Below, in pieces: positions 37,686-46,936 of a stretch of DNA of 64,000 bases; position 1 is the first letter of the stretch; each line of letters starts with the position of its first letter. Where the stretch lies: positions 5,522-69,521 of the forward strand of contig CANJQG010000006.1 in the NCBI GenBank assembly GCA_947476405.1, in the 5' to 3' direction. The translations under genes and the position numbers were made by a program. The notes under the pieces were generated by a model. The model was not told where the DNA came from. It worked only from the letters and a program-made list of their open reading frames with translations, and ran no database searches. Source of the DNA: Thiotrichales bacterium. GTDB taxonomy: Bacteria; Pseudomonadota; Gammaproteobacteria; Francisellales; CACEW01.

Positions 37686-38825
37686 ATGATTAAGCCCAAT
37701 CCTGCAAAATCGCTCATTCTTGATTTACTTAAATATACTGATATTGAAATTAATGGCCCCAAACCTTATGACCTCCAAATTCATAATGAACTTTTTTACA
37801 AACGCATTTTACGTGAGGGATCGCTTGCTTTAGGGGAAAGCTATATGGATGGCTGGTGGGATTGCGCGGCACTGGACCAATTTTTTGCTAAAATATTTGC
37901 AGCTGAAATCGACAAAAAAATCAAATTTGATCTCAAAGTCATGACAAAACTATTTTTCAGAAAAACAATCTACGCGCTCCATAATCCTCAAAACAAAAAG
38001 CGCGCTTTTATGGTGGGTGAACAGCATTATGATATTGGTAATGATTTATATCAACGCATGCTGGATCCTACGATGAGCTATACCTGCGCCTATTGGAAAG
38101 AGGCCACAACCCTTGAAGAAGCGCAACTCACTAAACTCGAACTCATTTGTCAAAAATTGCAACTTAAACCCGGCATGCGCTTATTGGATATCGGCTGTGG
38201 ATTCGGGGGAATGGCTGAATACGCTGCAAGACGCTATCAAGTCGAAGTCGTCGGCCTGACCATTTCCAAAGAACAACAAGCCCTTGGAATGGCACGCTGC
38301 AAAGGCCTTCCCATTGATTTACGCCTGCAAGATTATCGCGAAATCAATGAAAAATTTGACCGCATCGTTTCCATCGGTATGTTTGAACACGTTGGCCCCA
38401 AAAACTATCTTAATTATATGCAAGTTGCTGCCAATGCCCTGAAAGATCCAGACAGTCTTTTTCTCCTTCACACCATCGGAGCCAATCGTTCAAAATTTGA
38501 AGCGGACCCCTGGATCAACAAATATATTTTCCCCAATGGCGCCCTGCCCTCTATCGCACAAATTGCGAGTAATATTGAGGGCTTGTTCGTTATGGAAGAC
38601 TGGCATAATTTTGGCTTTTGTTATTATAAAACCCTCATGGCCTGGCATAGTCGCTTCAATCAGCACTACCCAGAAATTAAAGACCAATATAACGAACGTT
38701 TTTTTCGCATGTGGAACTATTACCTCCTCTGCAGCGCCGGCGCCTTCTATGCGCGCGATATTCAACTCTGGCAGATTGTTCTTTCCAAAAAAGGCATTCC
38801 AGGCGGCTATCAGGCGCCGCGTTGA
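37686..38825 (+). CDS. cfa: Cyclopropane-fatty-acyl-phospholipid synthase
   Basis: 379 aa. HYDIGNDLYQRMLDPTMSYTCAYW, SAM motif LLDIGCGFGG, FEHVG. Confidence 0.9.
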   Translation: MIKPNPAKSLILDLLKYTDIEINGPKPYDLQIHNELFYKRILREGSLALGESYMDGWWDCAALDQFFAKIFAAEIDKKIKFDLKVMTKLFFRKTIYALHNPQNKKRAFMVGEQHYDIGNDLYQRMLDPTMSYTCAYWKEATTLEEAQLTKLELICQKLQLKPGMRLLDIGCGFGGMAEYAARRYQVEVVGLTISKEQQALGMARCKGLPIDLRLQDYREINEKFDRIVSIGMFEHVGPKNYLNYMQVAANALKDPDSLFLLHTIGANRSKFEADPWINKYIFPNGALPSIAQIASNIEGLFVMEDWHNFGFCYYKTLMAWHSRFNQHYPEIKDQYNERFFRMWNYYLLCSAGAFYARDIQLWQIVLSKKGIPGGYQAPR

Positions 38826-38897
38826 GCGTGTGATTCCATTTCTCATTTCTGCTAATTTTTGATAGAATAACTTCTTTTCAAAAATTCATTAGGCTTA

Positions 38898-40223
38898 ATG
38901 AGCACCTGGCAAAGCTGTTTAAATTTATTGCAGAACGACCTGCCCGCAACGGACTTCGCCACATGGCTAGTACCTTTGCATGCTTCGGAAGATGAACACC
39001 AATTTACGTTATATGCCCCCAATCGCTTTGTTTTAGATTGGGTACGCGATCATTATTTTCAAAAAATTGAAGATACGCTGAAATTGATCAGCGAATATCA
39101 AAGCATCCAAATTAAAATCGGTCATCAGCAGCAACCCGCTTTTTCAGCACCTCCTGCTTCTGCTGCACCAGCTCCCCATCAAACTAAAAGCAAGATTGTT
39201 CAAAATAGCGCCTTAAATCCACGCTTTACCTTTGATAATTTTGTTGAAGGAAAATCAAACCAACTAGCCAAAGCGGCTGCATTGCAAGTAGCTCAAAACC
39301 CTGGAAAAGCGTATAATCCTCTCTTTTTTTATGGCGGCGTCGGCCTGGGAAAAACTCACTTAATGCACGCCATTGGCAACTTAATTTGTCAGCATAAAAA
39401 AGACGCCAAAATACTCTATTTGCATTCTGAACGTTTTGTCGCAGATATGGTTAAAGCGCTGCAAAGCAATTCCATTAACACCTTCAAGGAATATTATCGC
39501 TCACTCGATGCTTTATTGATTGATGACATTCAATTTTTTGCAGGAAAAGATCGCACTCAGGAAGAATTTTTCCATACTTTTAATGCCTTACTGGAAGGGC
39601 ATCAACAAATCGTCATGACTTGCGATCGATACCCCAAAGAAATTAACGGCCTAGAAGAACGTCTAAAGTCACGATTCGGCTGGGGCCTCACAGTCGGGAT
39701 TGACCCCCCTGACCTCGAAACACGCGTGGCCATTTTAATTAATAAAGCCGCGGAAGTGAATATTCATCTGCCCCATGAAGTTGCTTTTTTCATTGCCAAA
39801 AAAATTCGCTCCAATGTGCGTGAACTGGAAGGGGCTTTAAAACGTGTTGTGGCCAACGCCAACTTTACAGGCCACGAAATTACCATTGATTTTGTACGTG
39901 ATACGCTACGTGATTTATTATCCTTGCAAGATAAGCTGGTCACACTCGACAACATCCAGAAGACTGTGGCAGAATACTTTAAAATAAAGCTGGCTGATTT
40001 GCTCTCGATCAAAAGAACGCGCTCTTTTGCTCGGCCTCGCCAAGTCGCCATGGCTTTGGCGAAAGAACTCACCAGCCATAGCTTGCCGGAGATCGGAACG
40101 GCCTTTGGAGGGCGAGACCATACGACGGTCCTGCATGCCTGCCGCACTATAAAAGGCCTGCGTGAAGCCAACAGCAATATGGCAGAAGATTATCAAAATT
40201 TACTGCGCAGTTTATCGACTTAA
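38898..40223 (+). CDS. dnaA: Chromosomal replication initiator DnaA
   Basis: 441 aa. Walker [19 protein letters not shown], box VII/VIII, C-terminal DNA-binding domain (..[19 protein letters not shown]). Confidence 0.97.
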   Translation: MSTWQSCLNLLQNDLPATDFATWLVPLHASEDEHQFTLYAPNRFVLDWVRDHYFQKIEDTLKLISEYQSIQIKIGHQQQPAFSAPPASAAPAPHQTKSKIVQNSALNPRFTFDNFVEGKSNQLAKAAALQVAQNPGKAYNPLFFYGGVGLGKTHLMHAIGNLICQHKKDAKILYLHSERFVADMVKALQSNSINTFKEYYRSLDALLIDDIQFFAGKDRTQEEFFHTFNALLEGHQQIVMTCDRYPKEINGLEERLKSRFGWGLTVGIDPPDLETRVAILINKAAEVNIHLPHEVAFFIAKKIRSNVRELEGALKRVVANANFTGHEITIDFVRDTLRDLLSLQDKLVTLDNIQKTVAEYFKIKLADLLSIKRTRSFARPRQVAMALAKELTSHSLPEIGTAFGGRDHTTVLHACRTIKGLREANSNMAEDYQNLLRSLST

Positions 40224-40235
40224 CAGGAGAATAAA

Positions 40236-41339
40236 ATGAAATTTACAGTCAACCGCGAAACCCTCTTAAAGCCTTTACAAGCCATCATTAATATTGTTGA
40301 AAAAAAGCAAGCCTCAGCTATTTTGGCTAATCTCCTGATCAAAGTTGACCAAGATTATATCGAACTGACTGCAACTGACCTGGAAATCGAATTAATTGCT
40401 AAAGTTCACTTAACCACTCCAGCTGAGCCTGGCATTTCAACGATTCCAGCCAAAAAACTATTTGAGATTTTTAAAAATCTGCCCGACCAATCCATGATTG
40501 AAGTCAAAGCTGAAACTGCAGATAAAATTGTCATTAAATCAGGAAAAAGCAAGTTCACTCTGGCTACATTGCCTGCTGCAAACTTTCCCGCAATGGAAAG
40601 CCAATTAGGCCAGACCATGATTCAAATTCCTGAAAAAATACTGGCTCAATTGATTCGAAAAACTGCTTTTGCAATGGCTCAGCAAGACGTGCGTTATTTT
40701 TTAAACGGCCTGCTCTTAGAAGTCAGCGAAAAAATGATTCGTACGGTTGCCACAGATGGCCATCGCCTCGCGCTGACCACTGAAACTATTGAAGGTCATC
40801 CTGGCATTCATCAAGTCATTATTCCTCGCAAAACGATTTTAGAATTACAACGCATTTTAGGCGTCAGTGACGAACCCATCACCTTAATTTTAGGTGCCCA
40901 TTTCATTCGGATTGCATTAAAAGATATCATTATTACTTCTAAATTGGTAGACGGTCGCTACCCCGATTACAATCGCGTCATTCCCAGCACCGGAAAAAAC
41001 ATCATGATTGTTCCGAAAGATGCGTTCAAACAAGCCCTGCAACGCACCGCGATTCTATCTAACGAAAAACATCATGGCGTGCGCTTAAACATCGAAAATA
41101 ATGTTTTAAAATTAATGGCTAACAATCCAGAACAGGAAGAAGCAGAAGATGAAATCGAAGTGGCCTATGTCGGACAGGCTGTTGATATTGGCTTTAACAT
41201 CACCTATTTCATGGAAGTCCTAAGCGTTTTGGAGTGCGAAAATATTAAAGTGACCCTCACTAACAATGTCAGCAGCATCCTTCTCCATGACCCTGAAAAC
41301 AGCCAATCTGTTTACGTGATTATGCCCATCCGTCTCTAG
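40236..41339 (+). CDS. dnaN: DNA polymerase III beta sliding clamp
   Basis: 367 aa. MKFTVNRETLLKPLQ..., VATDGHRLA, three-domain length. Starts 12 nt after dnaA. Confidence 0.97.
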   Translation: MKFTVNRETLLKPLQAIINIVEKKQASAILANLLIKVDQDYIELTATDLEIELIAKVHLTTPAEPGISTIPAKKLFEIFKNLPDQSMIEVKAETADKIVIKSGKSKFTLATLPAANFPAMESQLGQTMIQIPEKILAQLIRKTAFAMAQQDVRYFLNGLLLEVSEKMIRTVATDGHRLALTTETIEGHPGIHQVIIPRKTILELQRILGVSDEPITLILGAHFIRIALKDIIITSKLVDGRYPDYNRVIPSTGKNIMIVPKDAFKQALQRTAILSNEKHHGVRLNIENNVLKLMANNPEQEEAEDEIEVAYVGQAVDIGFNITYFMEVLSVLECENIKVTLTNNVSSILLHDPENSQSVYVIMPIRL

Positions 41340-41370
41340 CTTTTCACCTGGAGTATCACTCAGAATTTGT

Positions 41371-43545
41371 ATGGATAGAATAATGCACAGCAACACCGAC
41401 CTCCTTTACAACCTAAATCCTGAACAACAAGCCGCGGTCAGTGCAGCGCCTGAACACATGCTGATTCTCGCGGGTGCAGGTAGCGGAAAAACCCGCGTAC
41501 TTGTCCATCGGATGGCTTGGCTGGCCCAAAACGAAGGCATTGGCCTGCACCACATGCTTGCCGTCACCTTTACGAATAAAGCAGCGCGTGAGATCAAACA
41601 TCGAATTGAAACCTTACTCAATGTTCCAACTCATGGCTTATGGCTAGGGACATTTCATGGTATTGCGCATCGCTTACTGCGAATGCATTATCAGGAAGCC
41701 GGCCTTTCTCAAAATTTTCAAGTATTGGATTCGGATGATCAATCCCGCCTGATTAAACGGATGCTAAAAGATCAAAATCTCGATGATAAATATTACGCTC
41801 CCGACAAAATTCAAAATTTCATTAATCAACAGAAAGAACAAGGCCTCCGCTCGCATCAACTCAAATTTAATTCACATGATTTATACCGCCGCACGCTTCA
41901 AGAAATGTATGCTTTATATGAACATCTTTGCAAAAAAAATGAAGTCATTGACTTTGCTGAATTGCTTTTGGCAAGCTTTGAATTAATTCAAAATAATGAG
42001 CCTCTGAAAACCCAATATCAAGAGCGTTTTCAGCACATTCTAGTAGATGAGTTTCAAGATACCAATACTATTCAATATGCCTGGTTGAAGCAGCTCATTG
42101 GCCCGAAGAATAAGCTTTTGGTCGTAGGCGATGATGATCAATCCATTTATGGCTGGCGAGGCGCTAAAATTGAAAATATTCATAAAGTGCAAAAAGATTT
42201 TCCCGGCCTCATGATTCGCCTGGAACAAAATTATCGCTCCACACAAACGATCCTCAACGCCGCCAATAGCGTCATTGCGAATAACGAAAGCCGCCTCGGA
42301 AAATCACTCTGGAGTGAAGGCGAGCAAGGCATACCCATTCAACTCTATCAAGCTTTTAACGAAATAGACGAAGCCAATTTTGTTGTGGCAAAAATCCAAG
42401 ACTTGATAGAAAACAATTATAAAGCCGATGAAATTGCCATTCTCTATCGCGCGAACGCGCAATCACGCGTTCTTGAAGAAGCCTTATTACAACGACAAAT
42501 TCCTTACCGAGTGTATGGTGGCCTCCGATTTTTTGATCGCGCTGAAATTAAAAATGCATTGGCCTACGCCCGCCTCACGATTAATCAAAGTGATGACATG
42601 GCTTTTGAGCGCGTCATCAATTTTCCTGCACGGGGAATTGGTGAAAAAACACTGGGATTCATTCGGGATGAAGCGAAGCAAAATAATCGCTCACTCTGGC
42701 AAAGTTTATCTATCTTAAATCAAGAACAGCAATTACCTACGCGTGCCGCTTTAAGTCTAGCGCAATTTCAAGCCCTCATTGCCAGCTTACGAGAAGAAAT
42801 TTCAGAGCTGACCGCCCCGCATCAATTAGAAAAAATCTTAAATGCCAGCGGCCTTATTCCTTATTATCAAGCTGAACCCGATGAGAAAAATCAAGGACGT
42901 GTCGATAATTTACGCGAATTACTGAATGCAATCGATGAATTTTATCAAAACCAAGAAAAACAAGGCCATACGCCCAGTCTGAGCGAGTTTCTCACACATG
43001 CAACGCTCGAATCGAGTACGGATCAAACATTAGAGGGGAATGCGGTCCAACTAATGACTCTTCATTCTGCCAAAGGCCTAGAGTTTCCGGCTGTTTTTTT
43101 AGTTGGTCTGGAAGAAGAACTTTTTCCAGGTAGAGCCTGTCAGGAAGACCCAATTCGACTAGAAGAGGAGCGTCGCCTCTGTTACGTAGGCATGACCCGC
43201 GCAATGAAAGTCTTATATTTAAGCCACGCAGAACAGCGCCGTCTCTATGGGGAAACAAAGCCTCACACTCCTTCTCGATTTTTAGTAGAAATTCCAAAAT
43301 CATGCATTGAATCAGTCCGGCAGACGACTCCGATTAAACGCTTTCGCTTTACTGAAACGCCTGCCAAACCAATTTTTCAGCAATCCAGCAGTCCCTGGAA
43401 GCTTGGGATGAATGTCCGTCACACTAAATTTGGGGAAGGAATTGTGCTGGCGGTCGAAGGTGAAAAAGATCAACTTCGACTCCAAATTAAGTTTCGTGAA
43501 TGTGGCAGCAAATGGATTTTAGCTGATTTTATTCAAGCTAGTTAG
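41371..43545 (+). CDS. uvrD: DNA helicase II UvrD
   Basis: 724 aa. LNPEQQAAV..LILAGAGSGKTRVLVHRMAWL, VDEFQDTN, GDDDQSIYGWRGA, NYRS, TLHSAKGLEF, YVGMTRA. Same length class as E. coli UvrD. The start could instead be Met5 at 41383. Confidence 0.9.
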   Translation: MDRIMHSNTDLLYNLNPEQQAAVSAAPEHMLILAGAGSGKTRVLVHRMAWLAQNEGIGLHHMLAVTFTNKAAREIKHRIETLLNVPTHGLWLGTFHGIAHRLLRMHYQEAGLSQNFQVLDSDDQSRLIKRMLKDQNLDDKYYAPDKIQNFINQQKEQGLRSHQLKFNSHDLYRRTLQEMYALYEHLCKKNEVIDFAELLLASFELIQNNEPLKTQYQERFQHILVDEFQDTNTIQYAWLKQLIGPKNKLLVVGDDDQSIYGWRGAKIENIHKVQKDFPGLMIRLEQNYRSTQTILNAANSVIANNESRLGKSLWSEGEQGIPIQLYQAFNEIDEANFVVAKIQDLIENNYKADEIAILYRANAQSRVLEEALLQRQIPYRVYGGLRFFDRAEIKNALAYARLTINQSDDMAFERVINFPARGIGEKTLGFIRDEAKQNNRSLWQSLSILNQEQQLPTRAALSLAQFQALIASLREEISELTAPHQLEKILNASGLIPYYQAEPDEKNQGRVDNLRELLNAIDEFYQNQEKQGHTPSLSEFLTHATLESSTDQTLEGNAVQLMTLHSAKGLEFPAVFLVGLEEELFPGRACQEDPIRLEEERRLCYVGMTRAMKVLYLSHAEQRRLYGETKPHTPSRFLVEIPKSCIESVRQTTPIKRFRFTETPAKPIFQQSSSPWKLGMNVRHTKFGEGIVLAVEGEKDQLRLQIKFRECGSKWILADFIQAS

Positions 43546-44254
43546 ACTGAACAGCCATATTTTTTGTTTCAGCATATACGCCACTATACTTCACAACACC
43601 GTCTCTGGGCAAATTGAAAGTCCAGCTATTTCCGACATAAAGCGCATGATAATCCAGTCCATTGGTTAAAGGCTTACAATTTCCACCACTGAGATCACAA
43701 AGCTGCCCGGAACGCAGTGAAATATAGCTGTTTCCAGTATTCGTAATGGTCACACTGGTTCCATTTCGCTTGGCGTGAATAATGGGCAAGGGATTGATCG
43801 GCAATACAAAAACACGAATTTTGTAACCATAAGTCAAACTCATTTGTGCACTCGAACCGTGAGAAAGGGCCTCTACTTTTTCAGTTGGATTAATATTGGT
43901 GACCGTCAAAGTATAGACGCGATCTTCTTGAACATTTGTCATGAGATTAACCAATCTGATTTTTCGTGAAGCCTGAGGCTGCAAGGCCATTTTCGTCGGG
44001 GTAATCATCAAACCAAATGCTTGAGGATTGGTTCCATTAAAAGGAACTGCCTTCACGGTTGAAAGCCCCATATTTTGCAAATACAAGGGCGTAATCGAAG
44101 CATACTCAACGACTTGATCTGCATTTTCAACCGTAATATCCTGAACATTATTTCCAGCATGAAAATAAACCAACATGGGCGAAACACCCAAACCATTCGC
44201 CTGCAAGGCTAATCCTAATCCAATCGCACAGTACACACTGCTCATTTTTTTCAT
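43538..44254 (-). CDS. PapD-like periplasmic chaperone-fold protein 2 (238 aa)
   Basis: Signal peptide, then V.P..V......Q.I.V.N, ITPTKMALQPQASRKIRLV, RVYTLTVTNINP, YKIRVFVLP and VTITNTGNSYISL mirror the PapD/CsuC strand pattern. Cys pair in the C-terminal domain. Confidence 0.5.
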   Translation of the reverse strand: MKKMSSVYCAIGLGLALQANGLGVSPMLVYFHAGNNVQDITVENADQVVEYASITPLYLQNMGLSTVKAVPFNGTNPQAFGLMITPTKMALQPQASRKIRLVNLMTNVQEDRVYTLTVTNINPTEKVEALSHGSSAQMSLTYGYKIRVFVLPINPLPIIHAKRNGTSVTITNTGNSYISLRSGQLCDLSGGNCKPLTNGLDYHALYVGNSWTFNLPRDGVVKYSGVYAETKNMAVQSN

Positions 44255-44268
44255 TGATCACACTCCAT

Positions 44269-44994
44269 CTATTTAATATCAAAAGGTAAAAACTGGCCAT
44301 GCAACACTTCTTCCTGGCACTCTAAAGGCCCTTCTTTTTGCAAGATAATTTGCGCCACTGAACCCGGGAATAGGCGTTTCAAAAGGCTGGGAAGCGGCTC
44401 GCAATGTGTGCCATCCGACGCACACTGTTTACATAAGGTGATCAGCACAGAGGTATTTCCCGTATTGCTGAGGGTCAAGGCGGTTCCATAACGCACTGCA
44501 GTGATGTGGGGATTCAAATGAAGTGGGCGCGCATAGACGGAAACCCCATAAGCAATAATCAATTGAACCCCAGCATCCAATTGTTTCGCTCCAGAATACA
44601 GGGCCACTAACTGGCCCGTGACAGGAGAAATTTTGACATGATAAACCACATCCGAAACAGGAGGCTGCCCGACATACAGCACACGGACAATACGGGTTTG
44701 ACCTACTGGAATCACTACTTTACTGGGCGTGACAATCAGTCCAATTTGATAGGGGTTATCTTGCAATTGCGTCAGGCTTTGATCAGGCTGACCCGGATGA
44801 TTAATACGCTCTACCGCAATTTTAACATAGGCCGTATCATTCCCGACATTATGGACTTGAATATCGTAATAGCGGGCCTGTGGATTTAAATCCACCTCCA
44901 AGGGATAAACGGAAATAGCAGAAGCATAAGCCCCCTGCACGAGAAGACTGATGAATAAAAAACCAACCCACTGTAAAAAATATCGCATATTCAT
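44269..44994 (-). CDS. PapD-like periplasmic chaperone-fold protein 1 (241 aa)
   Basis: Start trimmed to MNMRYFLQWVGFLFISLLVQGAYA. ISVYPLEVDL..YYDIQVHNVGND, IVTPSKVVIPVGQTRIVRV, VVYHVKISPV, YGVSVYARP, LTLSNTGNTSVLI. Confidence 0.5.
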   Translation of the reverse strand: MNMRYFLQWVGFLFISLLVQGAYASAISVYPLEVDLNPQARYYDIQVHNVGNDTAYVKIAVERINHPGQPDQSLTQLQDNPYQIGLIVTPSKVVIPVGQTRIVRVLYVGQPPVSDVVYHVKISPVTGQLVALYSGAKQLDAGVQLIIAYGVSVYARPLHLNPHITAVRYGTALTLSNTGNTSVLITLCKQCASDGTHCEPLPSLLKRLFPGSVAQIILQKEGPLECQEEVLHGQFLPFDIK

Positions 44995-45080
44995 TTCGCC
45001 CAATTCCCATATTTCTATTTTAGATTTTATCAGGCATAATAGCAACCTAATTTATACCGAACAACAGAAGGACCTTTATC

Positions 45081-45533
45081 ATGAGTGAACCGCAAAATCA
45101 ACCCAGCTTTAGCATCCAAAAAGTATATCTGAAAGATCTTTCTTTTGAGGCGCCCTCTTCCCCCGCTGCATTCAACCAAGATTGGGCCCCTGAAGCCAAT
45201 ATGGAAATGAATACCAGCTTTGAAAAACTAGATGACACCCATTACGAAGTTATTTTAAAAATGACTATTTCCGCTAAAAATCAATCTGAAACAGCCTTTA
45301 TTATCGAAATCAAACAAGCCGGTATTTTTGCTTTCCAAAACATCCCTGCCGATCAAATGGACCCGCTGCTCATGGCTTATTGTCCCAATGCCCTTTTCCC
45401 CTATGCCCGCGACGTAGTAGCCAGCACGGTATTCCGCGGCAGCTTCCCCGAACTCAATTTGAGCCCTGTCAACTTTGACGCACTTTACTGGCAAAGCAAG
45501 CAACAAAATGCGGCCAATCAAACCGTCAATTAA
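45081..45533 (+). CDS. secB: Protein-export chaperone SecB
   Basis: 150 aa. FSIQKVYLKDLSFEAP.. and the overall pattern match SecB. Confidence 0.9.
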   Translation: MSEPQNQPSFSIQKVYLKDLSFEAPSSPAAFNQDWAPEANMEMNTSFEKLDDTHYEVILKMTISAKNQSETAFIIEIKQAGIFAFQNIPADQMDPLLMAYCPNALFPYARDVVASTVFRGSFPELNLSPVNFDALYWQSKQQNAANQTVN

Positions 45534-46789
45534 TGTCAAAAAAAACCCATCCACGCGCGGCTGCACTCCAGATTTTACATGCTGTTTTGCAGCAGAATCA
45601 GGCGCTGGATGGTGCATTTGCAACGACGCTTTCCCGATTAGAACCCGCAGAAATTTCCTGGGTTAAATCACTTTGTTTTGGCTTGCTCAAACAAAAAATC
45701 AGCCTAGACTTTATCATTCAAAGTTTTTTAGATAAACCCACACCCAATCCTAAGCTCAATTTGCTTTTGAGCATCGGTGCCTATCAACTTCTCTATATGG
45801 AAACGCCAAGTCATGCCGCCATTTTTGAAACCGTTGAACTTGCTAAGGAAGAACGCCTTCCCGCCAAATTAGTCAATGCCATTCTCCGTCAAATCGATCG
45901 TAAACGAAATGCACTCCCGCTCCCGCCTGAACTGATTCAATATAATCATCCCGAATGGCTTCACCAGCTTATTCAAGGCCATTATCCTGAAAACTGGCAG
46001 ACTATTTTAAGCGCCAATAATCAGCACCCCCCTTTTTTTATTCGCGTCAATCAGCGTAAAATAACCTGCCAGGATTACCGCGCTCAGCTGATCCAGCAAG
46101 GTATTGAAGCGGAATTCTGCCCTGGATTTCCAGATGCACTTTATCTACCCCTGGCGATTCCAGTGGAAGGCCTCCCTCATTTTCAGGAAGGCTATTTTTC
46201 AGTACAGGATTTGGCTGCACAAAAAGCACCGTATCTTTTGGAACTCAAGGCGGGCCAAAACGTTCTTGATGCTTGTGCAGCCCCAGGGGGAAAAGCCTGT
46301 CACATGCTTGAAGTTTCGGACATTCACCTGACTTGCGTCGACCACAAAAAAGGCCGCCTCACACAAGTTGAACAAAATTTACAGCGCCTTTATTTAAAAG
46401 CGACTCTTCTTGCTGCAAATAGTCTTGAGCTCGATCACCCGCCCGCCTCTTTTGACCGCATTTTAATTGATGCACCCTGCTCTGGAACCGGTGTCATTCG
46501 ACGCCACCCAGACATTCGCTTTTTAAAATGTAAAACAGATATCGCCCAATTTAATGTCCAGCAAAAAGCCCTGCTCAATCATCTTTGGCCCATGCTGAAG
46601 CCCACTGGAATTTTGCTTTACGCCACTTGCTCGATTTTGCCAGAAGAAAACACGAACGTTATTCAAGACTTTTTAAGGACTCACCTGGATGCGACACTTC
46701 AATTTGAAGCGCAGTTTCTTCCTACCGAAAAAGGCCCTGATGGTTTTTATTATGCGAAATTAGCAAAATCCAAACCTCCCTCTTGCTAA
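45533..46789 (+). CDS. rsmB: 16S rRNA (cytosine967-C5)-methyltransferase RsmB
   Basis: 418 aa. NusB-like N-terminus, LDACAAPGGK, ILIDAPCSGTGVIRRHPDI, LLYATCS. TAATG junction with secB. Confidence 0.9.
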   Translation: MSKKTHPRAAALQILHAVLQQNQALDGAFATTLSRLEPAEISWVKSLCFGLLKQKISLDFIIQSFLDKPTPNPKLNLLLSIGAYQLLYMETPSHAAIFETVELAKEERLPAKLVNAILRQIDRKRNALPLPPELIQYNHPEWLHQLIQGHYPENWQTILSANNQHPPFFIRVNQRKITCQDYRAQLIQQGIEAEFCPGFPDALYLPLAIPVEGLPHFQEGYFSVQDLAAQKAPYLLELKAGQNVLDACAAPGGKACHMLEVSDIHLTCVDHKKGRLTQVEQNLQRLYLKATLLAANSLELDHPPASFDRILIDAPCSGTGVIRRHPDIRFLKCKTDIAQFNVQQKALLNHLWPMLKPTGILLYATCSILPEENTNVIQDFLRTHLDATLQFEAQFLPTEKGPDGFYYAKLAKSKPPSC

Positions 46790-46814
46790 AACAAAAACAA
46801 TCAAGGATAATGCA

Positions 46815-46916
46815 TTTGCTGCTGGTCAGCCAGTGCGGCTTAGATGCCAACCCCGCCAGATCCGGAAGGAAGCAACGGTAACATTGATGCAGGTATCGGT
46901 CTTGGCAAGCAGCACC
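46815..46916 (+). ncRNA. ffs: Signal recognition particle RNA (4.5S, ffs)
   Basis: Contains CCAGATCCGGAAGGAAGCAAC, matching the conserved domain IV GGAA tetraloop region of E. coli 4.5S (CAGGUCCGGAAGGAAGCAGC). Closing helix TGCTGC (46817-46822) / GCAGCA (46909-46914). Classic position upstream of dnaX. Ends approximate. Confidence 0.8.
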
Positions 46917-46936
46917 TATTTTTATGAGGAAATATC

